From assembly GCA_025832235.1 (NCBI GenBank), contig GCA_025832235.1_3649.1: a stretch of DNA of 64,000 nucleotides. The stretch is one strand, 5' to 3'. Source of the DNA: a phage. Each line of letters opens with the position of its first letter. Positions within the stretch are counted from its first letter, which is position 1. The notes under the pieces are model-generated. The model saw only the letters and a program-made list of their open reading frames with translations. It did not search any database and was not told the origin of the DNA. The translations under genes and the position numbers were made by a program. Positions 8,514-17,823 of the stretch are shown piece after piece.

Positions 8514-8813
8514 ATGTCTACAAAGGCGGCTAAATACTCCTATATGCCATCAACCTCTGCAGAGGTAGACTTTAGTTTCGATGTGTTTCCACTGTTTGAG
8601 GTGGTTCTGGCATACCCAACAATACTATCTACTCCTGAATCACTTGTGCCTGTTAAGTTGCAGAACGCTATGCATTCCATGCACTACAACAACAAATGTA
8701 GGCACAGATGGTGTCAGGACGAGGAAAAAGATTTGGATAGTTTGAGAGATTTTGACAGTCACCTTTTGACACCTTTCAGCTACTCCAACCTTGATAAGCC
8801 CTCGTGGGTATAG
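8514..8813 (+). CDS. hypothetical protein
   Basis: ORF track 8502..8813 (GTG); ATG 8514 follows GAGGTGG. Confidence 0.55.
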   Translation: MSTKAAKYSYMPSTSAEVDFSFDVFPLFEVVLAYPTILSTPESLVPVKLQNAMHSMHYNNKCRHRWCQDEEKDLDSLRDFDSHLLTPFSYSNLDKPSWV

Positions 8814-8837
8814 CAAAATATCAAATTTAAGACACCT

Positions 8838-8865
8838 AGGACGCTCTGTGGCGTCCTTTTCTTTA
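8838..8865 (+). terminator. rho-independent terminator (AGGACGC-loop-GCGTCCT + TTTTCTTT)
   Basis: 7-bp stem, 6-nt loop and T-tract immediately after stop of 8514..8813. Confidence 0.6.
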
Positions 8866-9026
8866 TCTGGTGCACGATTGCATACCTTGGGTAGTTAATC
8901 TCATTACAGAGCGTTTAAGAGCTCCCTACAAACAACTCCATATTTCGAGCGTAGCGAGAACGCACGTCCGTTTTGACCCAAATCACCATACGCTCGGATT
9001 TTAACCAAACCCTCGCGGCGTTTCTG

Positions 9027-9055
9027 TTGACACATTACCGCTCTCGTGATAGTAT
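9027..9055 (+). promoter_or_regulatory. sigma70-like promoter (TTGACA-N17-TAGTAT)
   Basis: TTGACA 9027-9032, 17-nt spacer, TAGTAT 9050-9055, about 20 nt upstream of 9076 start. Confidence 0.5.
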
Positions 9056-9075
9056 CCACACATCGTTTGGAGAAT

Positions 9076-9177
9076 ATGGGATACACAATGAGAACATTGT
9101 CTGAAGTTTTAGTGGTGATCCTGATGATCATTACGTCCATAGCGGCTGTTGCCGGAATACTCACGGGTGGAACATGA
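9076..9177 (+). CDS. small hydrophobic peptide (33 aa)
   Basis: Hand-translated MGYTMRTLSEVLVVILMIITSIAAVAGILTGGT; SD GGAGA; ATGA overlap with next gene. Confidence 0.35.
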   Translation: MGYTMRTLSEVLVVILMIITSIAAVAGILTGGT

Positions 9178-9386
9178 TCAACACACATGCATCTGAAGAG
9201 ACATCCGAAGGAGTGACCATATGTCCCTTGGATGAGCCAGTTAAAGAGGAAAACTTCGATTCTGAAGATTCTCCATCTTCGCTCCAGGTAGATCCTGAGG
9301 CTGATGACTTGACGTGGGGAGACATCGTAGATATCTGGTTCTCTATTATGCCTGAGCACGAAGAGTTCAGAGGTGGTAGACTATGA
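9174..9386 (+). CDS. hypothetical acidic protein
   Basis: ORF track; coupled to upstream peptide; preferred over antisense ORFs 8904..9359 and 9161..9400. Confidence 0.45.
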   Translation: MINTHASEETSEGVTICPLDEPVKEENFDSEDSPSSLQVDPEADDLTWGDIVDIWFSIMPEHEEFRGGRL

Positions 9387-9507
9387 AGCACCGAGCCCAC
9401 ACAGGTTCCTCATGCTAAAGCATGGCCTGAAGAGGCAAACGTGCATAATTCCTGTGCATCGGAGCGTATAAAACCCTGTTCACACTCTCATTTCCAGAGG
9501 AGATTTC

Positions 9508-9723
9508 ATGAAGATAGAAATATTTGGTGGAGCTGACAACACTCGTGGCCTGATTTACCTTGAATTCGATGAATCATACCTGCCAGAGGTGTTAAATATA
9601 GACTCTGTTGCTGAGGCTTTGGGAGTAAACCCTAAAGAACTCCACTCTTGTGCTGAGATCGATGGTTGGGAAGAGACCATGAACATTGATTTCAGTGAAG
9701 TAGAGGATGAACCGCTGGACTGA
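9508..9723 (+). CDS. hypothetical acidic protein
   Basis: ORF track; SD GAGGAG upstream. Confidence 0.55.
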   Translation: MKIEIFGGADNTRGLIYLEFDESYLPEVLNIDSVAEALGVNPKELHSCAEIDGWEETMNIDFSEVEDEPLD

Positions 9724-11220
9724 CACACAATATTAGCTGCCCGGCTAAAGTGCTGGAAGCACCTATAACACATCTTTCAACTAAATTTCCTACCACCACA
9801 ATCACTTACCTCCCATACATGACTGTTTGCTTGTTTAGTGAGCAGTCATGCCTTGACATTCTTGCCTATCCTGATAAAATTAAGTTCTTCTCTTTTCTTT
9901 TACCGAGTAATTCGGGTTTTCTGTTCTCTTCGGTTTGAAGGGGTATGGAGATACACCTGAGTGAACAGGGTGAACAACCGAACCATTGGCTATGGCATTA
10001 GCATGGCGAAGCGGACGGGTGACGAAAGAGGGGCCGGAGGACACCAGTCACTGCCATATGATATATGGGTGATAACCTGAAGAGTCTGAATAAGTGTTTA
10101 AGTACCAGTCAGAGGAAAAGGTGAATGGTAGCCGAAGGGGGAGGGGGGTTTCTTGTATCTTTAATTTGTATATTATGTATACACTTGTAAACCAATTTCA
10201 TCTGAATCTGTTTACCACACAAAGTGGATAGAGACAAATATTACCTATTAAACTTGAATTATTTATAGAAAATACCACAACACCACTTAAGTCTTTGATT
10301 TTACACACAAATCTTACAGATATTCAACCTCCATATTTAACATACCTGTAACATATTCCATACTCTACCTGTCTGATCAATCTACCCAACCACATCCTTC
10401 ATATTTTCCCTGTCTGTACCACCCCTGCCCCGCCGGGAGTCCCGTCATATCTGGCTTTCCAGCAAATATCACACCCACAAATATCATTGCCTGAAGAGGG
10501 TTTCATCCCATAATACATGCCTTACCTGAAGAGCGCTTCATACACCACGTAAATTTTTTAATTGACCTGCAATTTTCCCGTCATGACCCCCTGCCCCGCC
10601 GGAGAGGTTGGCTTTTCCCACACAGACCTGAAGAGTCAGCCAGAAATATCTGAACAGGCCCAATTCTACCACGATTTTGACCTGACCTACAGGAGTGCTG
10701 CCAGGCGGACGAAATGGGAATACTTCTCATTCTTATAACAATTCTCAAATATCAAGGCAGTGAGGCAAATTAATAGGCTAGGCCGTTCACACAGTGGCAC
10801 AACATTTGCAATCTATTTTGTGTGGGGGAATGAGAATACATATCATTGTGAGAACCATTATCATTACGGGCAATTTAACATAATACCCATTATGCGCACC
10901 ACTGGCGATACATACAGGGATTGATAACATGAGTTACTGTTTACGCATATAACAATTATATTTATTACTATTTGTGTGGGATATAGTTAGCAGCCGATAG
11001 ATTAGATATTGACCTGCGGACTTCTGACCGTCTAGACGTCTAAACGCCCACACAGCAAGGGTTATACATACATCGCTGAATGTAAACAGGGCCGCAAAAA
11101 TGCTACCATACCAGTTTGTAAATTTTCAATGCAGCACTTGACAAAGAGGAGAAAAACTTGTCTGACACCTTATACACTTTCGATACAATAACGACTGTTA
11201 TTATTTCATGTTTCACTGTT

Positions 11221-11295
11221 CACGTATAGATTGTTCCCGCATAGACTGTTTACGCCTGGATAGTTTACACCTTGACAGTTTACGCATAGATGATA
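11221..11295. repeat. five tandem 15-bp iteron-like repeats (consensus NNCGCATAGAcTGTT)
   Basis: cacgtatagattgtt / cccgcatagactgtt / tacgcctggatagtt / tacaccttgacagtt / tacgcatagatgata in perfect 15-bp register. Confidence 0.6.
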
Positions 11296-11297
11296 AG

Positions 11298-11544
11298 CCA
11301 TGCCATTCGTTTGCATGAAAACAATTAGCAAGTTAACAATTAACAAGTTAATAATATATGACATAATATAAAAGCAGGGCAACTATTATTAGATCTATAG
11401 TTGCCTTGCTTATTATGTCATGATTAACTGAATATAAGGCAACTATGATCTGATTAATAGATTGCAGACAAACTATCACGGGGGTGATGGTTACTGCTTT
11501 TATATTATGTCGCGACTCCGTCGCGCCATGCCATTCGTTTGCAT
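11298..11544. repeat. 19-bp direct repeat CCATGCCATTCGTTTGCAT (11298-11316 and 11526-11544) bracketing an 18-bp inverted repeat
   Basis: Exact direct repeat; inverted arms GACATAATATAAAAGCAG (11360-11377) and CTGCTTTTATATTATGTC (11494-11511); inner palindrome GGCAACTAT/ATAGTTGCC (11378-11405). Confidence 0.55.
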
Positions 11545-12170
11545 AGTTGCCTTATTGTTACAGGTAAAACAATTACATTGTTAACTATTTCTTATCTTTC
11601 TCTTAGTCATCTAATGATTCCAGTCAGTATAGTTATGTGCAGTAAACATTAGACGACTAAAGATTTCTCTGATTATAGTAACCTATCGTGACAATTTCGA
11701 ACTGTTTACGAAAAATGTTGACACCTGGGCAGGTTTATGTTATGCAGTTTGTACGAATAATTATTTTGTACAGGTATTGACTATTCCGTTATTCTGTGGT
11801 TGGAATAAATACTTTGCAGGCTATAGAATGGTGATCGTACGTGGATTCTGAGATCTGTCGGCTATAGTTACACCCGATTTTTCACGTAGGACACGCTTTT
11901 TGGTTTGTGTAAGTGTATGACTTATAAGGGTTTTTAATTGTTGACAGTATACTGAAGATGTGCATCAGGTTAAATTTTGTGCAATAGCTGCATTACGTGC
12001 AATTTTGGGAGAGAAAACGGGTAAAAATAGCACCGCTACCACACAATGAAAGGTTATGCAATAGCTATTTTACATGTATATTTGTACAGTGTGCGGGATT
12101 GATGGCTCGTCAATTATTCCACTTGTCAGGTAGGGCCGTTTATGGTAGGAAAAGAGCAAACAAAAAGAAA

Positions 12171-12185
12171 GGGGCCTAAGCCCCT
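12171..12185 (-). terminator. rho-independent terminator ending the leftward unit
   Basis: GGGGC-CTAA-GCCCC stem-loop; on the minus strand it is followed by a U-rich tract; just downstream of stop of 12199..12462. Confidence 0.55.
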
Positions 12186-12198
12186 TGATAATGTTGTA

Positions 12199-12462
12199 TT
12201 ATTTGTTGCTCATCCAGTTTTCCCAAGCTGCCTGATAATCTGCCTCACTGCGGCGGATCTCTTCTTGTTCTTCAAGCCGGATCTCTTCTTCCAGGTACCC
12301 AAGGATGTCGGATTTTTTGGTCTGGCGTAACATCCAATCATCTTTTTTACGAGTAAAGATCTTGTACGCTTTCTCGCAAACCTCTTTTTTACTACCTTTT
12401 TGTACTTCAAGAACTTTGTAGGCCATGTACTGAACTAGTTTGAGCTGATCAAGACGTTTCAT
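12199..12462 (-). CDS. hypothetical protein
   Basis: ORF track; SD AAGAGG before ATG. Confidence 0.55.
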   Translation of the reverse strand: MKRLDQLKLVQYMAYKVLEVQKGSKKEVCEKAYKIFTRKKDDWMLRQTKKSDILGYLEEEIRLEEQEEIRRSEADYQAAWENWMSNK

Positions 12463-12494
12463 GATGTTTACCTCTTTATGCGGTTCTGATTAGT

Positions 12495-12508
12495 GGGCCT
12501 TTTGGCCC
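12495..12508 (-). promoter_or_regulatory. 5'-UTR stem-loop (GGGCC-4-GGCCC), member of recurring hairpin family
   Basis: GC stem about 30 nt upstream of start codon. Confidence 0.4.
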
Positions 12509-12522
12509 GTGTCATTATCTTA

Positions 12523-12795
12523 TTACTTATGGCGGCAGAATTCAAGCGTTTTTAATTGATAATCTTCCTCAGCCTGGAGTACGACCGCCTCGATCATTTC
12601 GTTGGCATTGTTAAAGCCATAACCTTTAGCGAAATCATCCGCGCCACCTTCGTGATCATGTTCTGCGTTCATCGCTTCCACAAAATGGAATTCAAGATTA
12701 TTGAGGTAAGGGCTTGATGTTCCGTCCTCTTTTTCGATGAGATTCCAAATAGCATTAAAACGTGATTCGACTTCTTGATTAATCCAGCTTGACAT
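12523..12795 (-). CDS. hypothetical protein
   Basis: ORF track; SD AGAGAGGAAAAC before ATG. Confidence 0.55.
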   Translation of the reverse strand: MSSWINQEVESRFNAIWNLIEKEDGTSSPYLNNLEFHFVEAMNAEHDHEGGADDFAKGYGFNNANEMIEAVVLQAEEDYQLKTLEFCRHK

Positions 12796-12824
12796 GATGT
12801 TTTCCTCTCTTCTGGTTGTTGTGT

Positions 12825-12838
12825 GGGCACTTTTGCCC
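12825..12838 (-). promoter_or_regulatory. 5'-UTR stem-loop (GGGCA-4-TGCCC)
   Basis: Hairpin followed by CA-rich spacer and SD. Confidence 0.4.
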
Positions 12839-12848
12839 CTTCAAGATA

Positions 12849-12877
12849 ATGTTACCCCACCCCCTGGCAGATGTCAA
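12849..12877 (-). promoter_or_regulatory. sigma70-like promoter (TTGACA-N17-TAACAT)
   Basis: TTGACA (plus-strand TGTCAA 12872-12877), 17-nt spacer. Confidence 0.35.
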
Positions 12878-12902
12878 CGGTTTTTATAGTTCTTATATGA
12901 CA

Positions 12903-12945
12903 GGCAGGCCCGGTGATTGTCTCCACCCGTCGCCAGGTGCCTGCC
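12903..12945. repeat. GC-rich element copy C: GGCAGGC...GAGACAATCACCGGG...GCCTGCC (7-bp terminal inverted repeat)
   Basis: Reverse-complement matches copies at 21536-21571 and 21688-21716. Confidence 0.5.
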
Positions 12946-13005
12946 GTGTAATAAGTATAACAAAAAACAGGACCATAGCAAGCCCTGTTTTGTAGTTTAT
13001 AAATA

Positions 13006-13197
13006 TTATATTTTTTCGCCTATGTAGTCCGGTCGGTTTTTCTCTGTCATGCGCTTTAGCAATTCTTGCATGTTACTTATGGCTTGTAGCGTATCCTCTT
13101 CCAGACTTGAATCAACATAATCAGGATCGTCTATAACCTTTCTATGATTATGATAACGCAGTACCGCCAATACCTTTCTAACTTGTTCGGTATTCAT
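13006..13197 (-). CDS. hypothetical protein
   Basis: ORF track. Confidence 0.5.
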   Translation of the reverse strand: MNTEQVRKVLAVLRYHNHRKVIDDPDYVDSSLEEDTLQAISNMQELLKRMTEKNRPDYIGEKI

Positions 13198-13346
13198 TTT
13201 TATCGCTCTTTAAAACAAGGTGCCAACCGTTTCCAATAGATCACTGACTATCAGGACAATACTGATCAGCACATACCTAACCATAAAGGGAAAGATCGCC
13301 AACATTGCCGCCACGATTCCCATGGTGATAATTATCTTTCTCATGA

Positions 13347-13631
13347 TTAACGGGTCACGTAAGTTTTCCCGTTTACGGTTATCTGCAGATCCTCCAGGTC
13401 TGGATCTTCTTTAAGGTCGCGAGCAAGCTCACCGCACCGGATACCCTCGAATCCGTAGTACTCTGTTGTACCGTCATTAAAAGTTTTAGCGGCAAGGCAT
13501 AAGCGATAAGTAACCCCGATTTGATTGACGGCATGAATATCCGTTAGATTAACCTCTTTTGCCAGCTCTTTAGCCATTACAGGCGCATTAAGTCCAACAA
13601 CCAGGGCAACCACTGCGATCATCTTTTTCAT
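13347..13631 (-). CDS. hypothetical secreted/periplasmic protein
   Basis: ORF track; N-terminal signal-peptide-like MKKMIAVVALVVGLNAPVMA. Confidence 0.6.
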   Translation of the reverse strand: MKKMIAVVALVVGLNAPVMAKELAKEVNLTDIHAVNQIGVTYRLCLAAKTFNDGTTEYYGFEGIRCGELARDLKEDPDLEDLQITVNGKTYVTR

Positions 13632-13722
13632 TGTGTCTATCCTCTTTCTGCTACGTTTAAGGCGGCGGTAACCGCCTGTTTAAGCTTTGTTGGTTAATTT
13701 TCGGGTATCGGTATAAATTAAA

Positions 13723-13938
13723 CTATGCTGTACGCTCAACTATAACAACGGTTTGGGGGATCTCCCCCTCCACCACTAGTAAGGCCTTTTTCTGCGTGAT
13801 AGATATCTTTACCCGTTGCAGCGTGGCGGTGAAGTCTTTCATTTCGTCACGCGGTGTTTTAGTGCAGTACCAGATCTCAGGCTTGCCGATCTGTAAGTTG
13901 CGTAAAAATTCTGTTTTGCCTGTTTTGTTAGTGATCAT
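13723..13938 (-). CDS. hypothetical protein
   Basis: ORF track. Confidence 0.5.
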   Translation of the reverse strand: MITNKTGKTEFLRNLQIGKPEIWYCTKTPRDEMKDFTATLQRVKISITQKKALLVVEGEIPQTVVIVERTA

Positions 13939-13947
13939 TTGTCAACC

Positions 13948-14052
13948 TCACCCGATACCGTTGGAAGACAAGATCACATTAGCCATGGTTGCAATCAGGC
14001 CAATACCCAGGGCAATAACCAGGATCACCGCATCAATTAATTTCTGTTTCAT
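13948..14052 (-). CDS. small hydrophobic peptide (34 aa)
   Basis: Hand-translated MKQKLIDAVILVIALGIGLIATMANVILSSNGIG; SD GAAGAGGAAAAC. Confidence 0.3.
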   Translation of the reverse strand: MKQKLIDAVILVIALGIGLIATMANVILSSNGIG

Positions 14053-14142
14053 TTTGTTTTCCTCTTCTTGTTCCAGGTGGCGGACCATTCCACCGCCTTA
14101 TGTATTATGCTTTGTAAGATGGTTGTTTGTTTTCAAACTATT

Positions 14143-14322
14143 TTAACGATAATCATCGTACGCTTTATTAACCTGGCGAATATAACATTCAAAAGCCAGA
14201 TCAATAGATTTATATTCACGGATATACTCACCATAGGAAACCACATACATTTCTATAGCTTCCTCATATGCGAGGAGAATAGAATCCAAGCCTACGATCT
14301 CAGTCTTTGCAATAATAGCCAT
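14143..14322 (-). CDS. hypothetical protein (59 aa)
   Basis: Hand-translated ORF just under the track cut-off; SD AAAGAGGATAAAAATC before ATG. Confidence 0.4.
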   Translation of the reverse strand: MAIIAKTEIVGLDSILLAYEEAIEMYVVSYGEYIREYKSIDLAFECYIRQVNKAYDDYR

Positions 14323-14369
14323 GATTTTTATCCTCTTTGTGGTTGGTGGGGCTTGCCCCTTTGATTTAT

Positions 14370-14397
14370 ATACTACAGTCTTATATGGTCATGTCAA
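14370..14397 (-). promoter_or_regulatory. sigma70-like promoter (TTGACA-N16-TAGTAT) followed by 5'-UTR hairpin at 14348-14359
   Basis: Plus-strand TGTCAA 14392-14397; hairpin GGGG-CTTG-CCCC. Confidence 0.4.
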
Positions 14398-14627
14398 CTA
14401 TTTTCAAAAAATTTTTCTGCTGTAATATTTTTCCCGGTAGGGTTCGCTACTTTCAAAATTCTATCATGCACCGGACGCCCAAAAGAATAAGCGCCGTACA
14501 CAGTAAACCAATAATCGCCGTCAGGCTGTACTATTACCGCCGCATATGGTACGCCTTTTTCGTTTTTGCTGACAAAATAGATCACATTGCCATTAATAAC
14601 CTCAGCGCGTTTAATTTGTTCCATCAT
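14394..14627 (-). CDS. hypothetical protein
   Basis: ORF track. Confidence 0.55.
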   Translation of the reverse strand: MMEQIKRAEVINGNVIYFVSKNEKGVPYAAVIVQPDGDYWFTVYGAYSFGRPVHDRILKVANPTGKNITAEKFFENS

Positions 14628-14681
14628 GATGATTTACCTCTCTTTATTTTCATAATTGGGGCCTTTTCGGCCCCGCCAGGT

Positions 14682-14966
14682 TTATTTATTGATAGCGTGC
14701 AGCGGGAAAGCTACGCCAGGTTGATAGATAACCTTTACAACCTCATCAGGACAAAAGAAATTGCAGAACTCACCGCAATAGGCCTCATCCTCTTTTAATT
14801 CTTCATCAGCATACTCAAAAAAGTAGTCGATGCTTGGATAATCCTGCCCTGGGTTATAGTCAACCATTGTCAAGACCAGTTCAAGATCGTTGCGCAGGAT
14901 ATGCATACCCGCTTTTAAGTATTTTGCTTCCATTTCTACTACATCGCCAGCGGTAACAATAGCCAT
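14682..14966 (-). CDS. hypothetical acidic protein
   Basis: ORF track 14682..15014; internal ATG at 14966 (MAIVTAGD...) follows AGGAG. Confidence 0.5.
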   Translation of the reverse strand: MAIVTAGDVVEMEAKYLKAGMHILRNDLELVLTMVDYNPGQDYPSIDYFFEYADEELKEDEAYCGEFCNFFCPDEVVKVIYQPGVAFPLHAINK

Positions 14967-15107
14967 AGTTTTAACTCCTGTTTCTGTTAATGATTGGGGG
15001 CCGCCCCCTGACACGTACTATTATCCATATTGTAGGGCTTGATGCAAGTACTTCTTTAAAAAAATTTTTAAGCGCCTTGGAGGCCGTTGTAACGCCAAAA
15101 TAATAAA

Positions 15108-15127
15108 GGCCATGCGGTTGCATGGCC
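15108..15127 (-). terminator. rho-independent terminator (GGCCATGC-GGTT-GCATGGCC)
   Basis: 8-bp stem; on minus strand followed by UUUAUUAUUUU; downstream of stop of 15189..15494. Confidence 0.5.
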
Positions 15128-15188
15128 TTTATGTGATTATATCGCTGTAGGCCCTGCTAGGGGCCTTATTTTGCATCATTTGCCGGAA

Positions 15189-15494
15189 CTATACAGAGAA
15201 AACATCGTTCACAATAGCGATCACAATGCCGCCCACCTTGTCACGGTCAACAATGCACAAATCACCATAGATCATGTGGTAGTCTGGATGATCTTTCACG
15301 GAATAGTCAATGAGCGTTTTCTTGTCGTCCAGCTTTGTAACTTCCATTCTCATAACGATATGAGAATCATCAAAGGCATTATTCCGAAAAGTCATAGCCT
15401 GACCACCAGGGCACCCAGTGATCTCCACTTCCACACCATCTACGATCTGACCATCAAAGAAATAAAGATTATTAGCCTGGATAAACATGATCAT
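15189..15494 (-). CDS. hypothetical protein
   Basis: ORF track; SD AAGGAG. Confidence 0.55.
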   Translation of the reverse strand: MIMFIQANNLYFFDGQIVDGVEVEITGCPGGQAMTFRNNAFDDSHIVMRMEVTKLDDKKTLIDYSVKDHPDYHMIYGDLCIVDRDKVGGIVIAIVNDVFSV

Positions 15495-15535
15495 TACTCC
15501 TTGTTAACTGCGTGGTATTTTAACAGGGTTTAAAT

Positions 15536-15579
15536 TTACTTTATTGATGGCCCTAGAGTCAAGGCCATCTAAAAATAAA
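15536..15579 (-). promoter_or_regulatory. conserved 45-bp element, copy 1: hairpin GATGGCC...GGCCATC with TTGACT in the loop, then TAAATT (-10-like)
   Basis: Near-identical to copies at 19248-19292 and 19868-19912. Confidence 0.5.
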
Positions 15580-15581
15580 TT

Positions 15582-15782
15582 TTACAGGCCTACAATCTCT
15601 TTGATTCGTTTAACCGCCGCCTCAGCGCCTTGGGGGTAAAAATTATGGTAACCAATCACGCGAGTGATACTAATCGCCGTTTGATGATCTTCATAGTCGC
15701 CCTTGAAGATTTCTTGACCGTCAATCAGCACGGCAATTTTTTCTTCTTTTTTGAAGTTAATAACGCGGATATTGTTGCTCAT
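15582..15782 (-). CDS. hypothetical protein
   Basis: ORF track. Confidence 0.55.
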   Translation of the reverse strand: MSNNIRVINFKKEEKIAVLIDGQEIFKGDYEDHQTAISITRVIGYHNFYPQGAEAAVKRIKEIVGL

Positions 15783-16040
15783 TTTTGTTTCTCCTTTCTG
15801 GTTTTTGTGTTGGTGGGGATGTTTCCCCGTTGATTGTTATTATCCATATTCAGGACCGGATTGCAACACCCCGGAAGAAAAATTTTTTGAAAAAAGTTAG
15901 GCCCCCAGGGATCGGGGGCCGTTATCAGTTACTTACAGAGATAAAATACATCCCTACGCCTAACAATATTTCAAGGGCGATGATCTCAAGCCATACCATA
16001 ACACGGCGCACCTTATCGGTGCGGGGCTTATCCTTGGGTG

Positions 16041-16286
16041 TCATCGTCTCCCCCTTCCCTCCTGGTAGTAGTGACGTGGTTTACAATGGCCCCCAGGAGT
16101 ACCATCACCACGCACATCACAAGAAAAATTATCTCCGCTGTTGTTCGATCCATTGTTATAAAATTCCTCAAGATCAGGCCTGAAAATAAAGCGTTCGTTA
16201 TTGAATCCGTCACGCCAGGCGGCTGGCTTCAAATCTTCACTAAAGGGATTAATTAACGTGGCATTATTTAAACGGTTGGCCCACAT
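16041..16286 (-). CDS. hypothetical protein
   Basis: ORF track 16041..16304 (TTG); ATG at 16286; overlaps 3' end of 16264..16635 in another frame, so uncertain. Confidence 0.35.
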   Translation of the reverse strand: MWANRLNNATLINPFSEDLKPAAWRDGFNNERFIFRPDLEEFYNNGSNNSGDNFSCDVRGDGTPGGHCKPRHYYQEGRGRR

Positions 16287-16635
16287 ATTTTCTATTCCTC
16301 TCAAATAGGCGATCCGCCTCAGTTAAACATATCTCATGGGCTTGATCTCTGGTTTTAGCTTCATCGAAAACTTGTTGTGCAAGGCTGCAACGCAAGGAGA
16401 CCGGAAGATCACTATAATAGGCGTTGACAAACGTTTGAGCGTCGTACAGGTCTGAAAATACTTTACCCTTTCTATTATTCCCCTTGTCAACAATTGCAAG
16501 GATAACCAATACAATAGTTGCAACCACCCCCAGGAAAATAGATATAATAAACCATAAAAAGGCGGATCTACCCATCTTGCCAGCGATCCAGGCGTTAAAC
16601 AAGGCAACCAATACAGCCAAAATAATAAATTCCAT
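16264..16635 (-). CDS. hypothetical membrane protein (two predicted TM helices)
   Basis: ORF track 16264..16668; ATG 16635 follows AAAGAGG; TM-like MEFIILAVLVALFNAWIAG and FLWFIISIFLGVVATIVLVILAIV. Confidence 0.55.
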   Translation of the reverse strand: MEFIILAVLVALFNAWIAGKMGRSAFLWFIISIFLGVVATIVLVILAIVDKGNNRKGKVFSDLYDAQTFVNAYYSDLPVSLRCSLAQQVFDEAKTRDQAHEICLTEADRLFERNRKYVGQPFK

Positions 16636-16699
16636 TCTATGTACCTCTTTTGCAGTTCTGTTTAACAATAAGGCGGCAAATATGCCGCCTGTTACCTGA

Positions 16700-17080
16700 T
16701 TAAAAATTATCGCCGTAAATCTTTCCGCTTTCTGCCCACACCACCACGCGGGGCATACTATCCCACACGTCTTGTTTTAGATTGAGCGCGTGCAATTCTT
16801 CGGTGGTGCCCATACCTGGCACGGGCTGATTGTATACTGCAAAACGACCACCCGCATAGTCATAGGCCAGAGTTAAATCACACTGGATCATCTTTTTGAT
16901 CATGGCATTAAGCATGGCATTAGCCGCATACTGATCACGTTTTAAAGGCAACTCTTTGATTAGTTTGCGATAGTTTTCAATGTGATCGCACACTGTTTCA
17001 CGTGGAAGATCTTTCATATCCTCGCGAAAGGTAACCAGGTTAAACATGACGGTGTCAATAGCTTTAGTAGTGTTTTTCAT
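16700..17080 (-). CDS. hypothetical protein
   Basis: ORF track 16700..17113; ATG 17080 follows AGAGGAAAAC. Confidence 0.55.
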   Translation of the reverse strand: MKNTTKAIDTVMFNLVTFREDMKDLPRETVCDHIENYRKLIKELPLKRDQYAANAMLNAMIKKMIQCDLTLAYDYAGGRFAVYNQPVPGMGTTEELHALNLKQDVWDSMPRVVVWAESGKIYGDNF

Positions 17081-17171
17081 GATGTTTTCCTCTTTGTTTT
17101 GTGTGGGGGGCAAACGTCTTGCCCCCTTGAGTTTTAATATAGCAGGTTTTTAGGTTATTGCAACACTTTAT

Positions 17172-17795
17172 TTATGAAAAAGTCATCTCGCCATATTCAT
17201 CCACATCAAACCGCCAATCATTGGCCTCGATAAGGCCGATCAGGTTTTCGGTAGTGAATTGTTCAAGATAGGCTTGCTCCAGGTCTACGTAAACCTTGCG
17301 GGATAGCTCCCGTACCGTCTCGGTGATCAGCTCTTCCAGCTCTTCAACTTTATCCTCTTGCTTGGTGGTCAGGTCTAGCCAATTGGTATCGATGCACCCG
17401 CCTATTGTGTTTTCGTGGTGATAATGGCTAAACGGGATACGCTCAACGCTTGCGGATAGCTCGCCATCGTGCATTGTGCCGAACAAGTGACGAATTGAGC
17501 GGAATTTAGTCAAAGACTTGACTTTACGCAAGAATTTTTCTAAGTTTACATTTTCAGCGCTAATTGACGCGCCGTCACCCTGGCACCAAAAGCCGGACCA
17601 ATGTACATCTGTATCTTCAAGCCCGTACTCTGGAAAAACATATTCTTTATAGTATTCAATTACACTTTCTGCAAAAAAGTTATCCCCGCTGTGTTCTTCT
17701 CTTTCGCGGACCATTTCAACGGCTTTTTCTTTTTGTTCGTCGGTCAGCACGTCGAAAGATAAATTGTAACCTGTGGTAATGTTAACGGTGGTCAT
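17172..17795 (-). CDS. hypothetical protein
   Basis: ORF track; own promoter and hairpin; no motif recognised. Confidence 0.6.
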   Translation of the reverse strand: MTTVNITTGYNLSFDVLTDEQKEKAVEMVREREEHSGDNFFAESVIEYYKEYVFPEYGLEDTDVHWSGFWCQGDGASISAENVNLEKFLRKVKSLTKFRSIRHLFGTMHDGELSASVERIPFSHYHHENTIGGCIDTNWLDLTTKQEDKVEELEELITETVRELSRKVYVDLEQAYLEQFTTENLIGLIEANDWRFDVDEYGEMTFS

Positions 17796-17823
17796 GATAT
17801 TTTCTCCTATTTTCTTTGTTGGT

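Larger units (their letters stand above)
9724..12198. other. 2.5-kb ORF-free convergence/control region (candidate origin or packaging region)
   Basis: No plausible ORF on either strand; flanked by terminators of the rightward and leftward units; contains iterons, direct and inverted repeats, recurring CCTGAAGAG and CCCTGCCCCGCCGG motifs. Confidence 0.6.

Noticed and set aside
8904-9400. Minus-strand ORFs 8904-9359 and 9161-9400
   Set aside because: They oppose the rightward early unit; the plus-strand peptide 9076-9177 and gene 9174-9386 have a promoter and SDs.
9724-12198. tRNA or tmRNA genes in the ORF-free regions (also 21330-22350)
   Set aside because: No cloverleaf-compatible segments or GTTCRANYC T-loop motifs seen by eye; unverified without tRNAscan-type search.
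11997-12330. Plus-strand ORFs 11997-12179 and 12142-12330
   Set aside because: They overlap the minus-strand terminator and gene 12199-12462 and have no start context.
13220-16256. Plus-strand ORFs in the leftward accessory block (for example 13796-14146, 14337-14798, 15171-15533, 15785-16183)
   Set aside because: Opposite to the consistent minus-strand promoter/hairpin/SD organisation; low-complexity translations.
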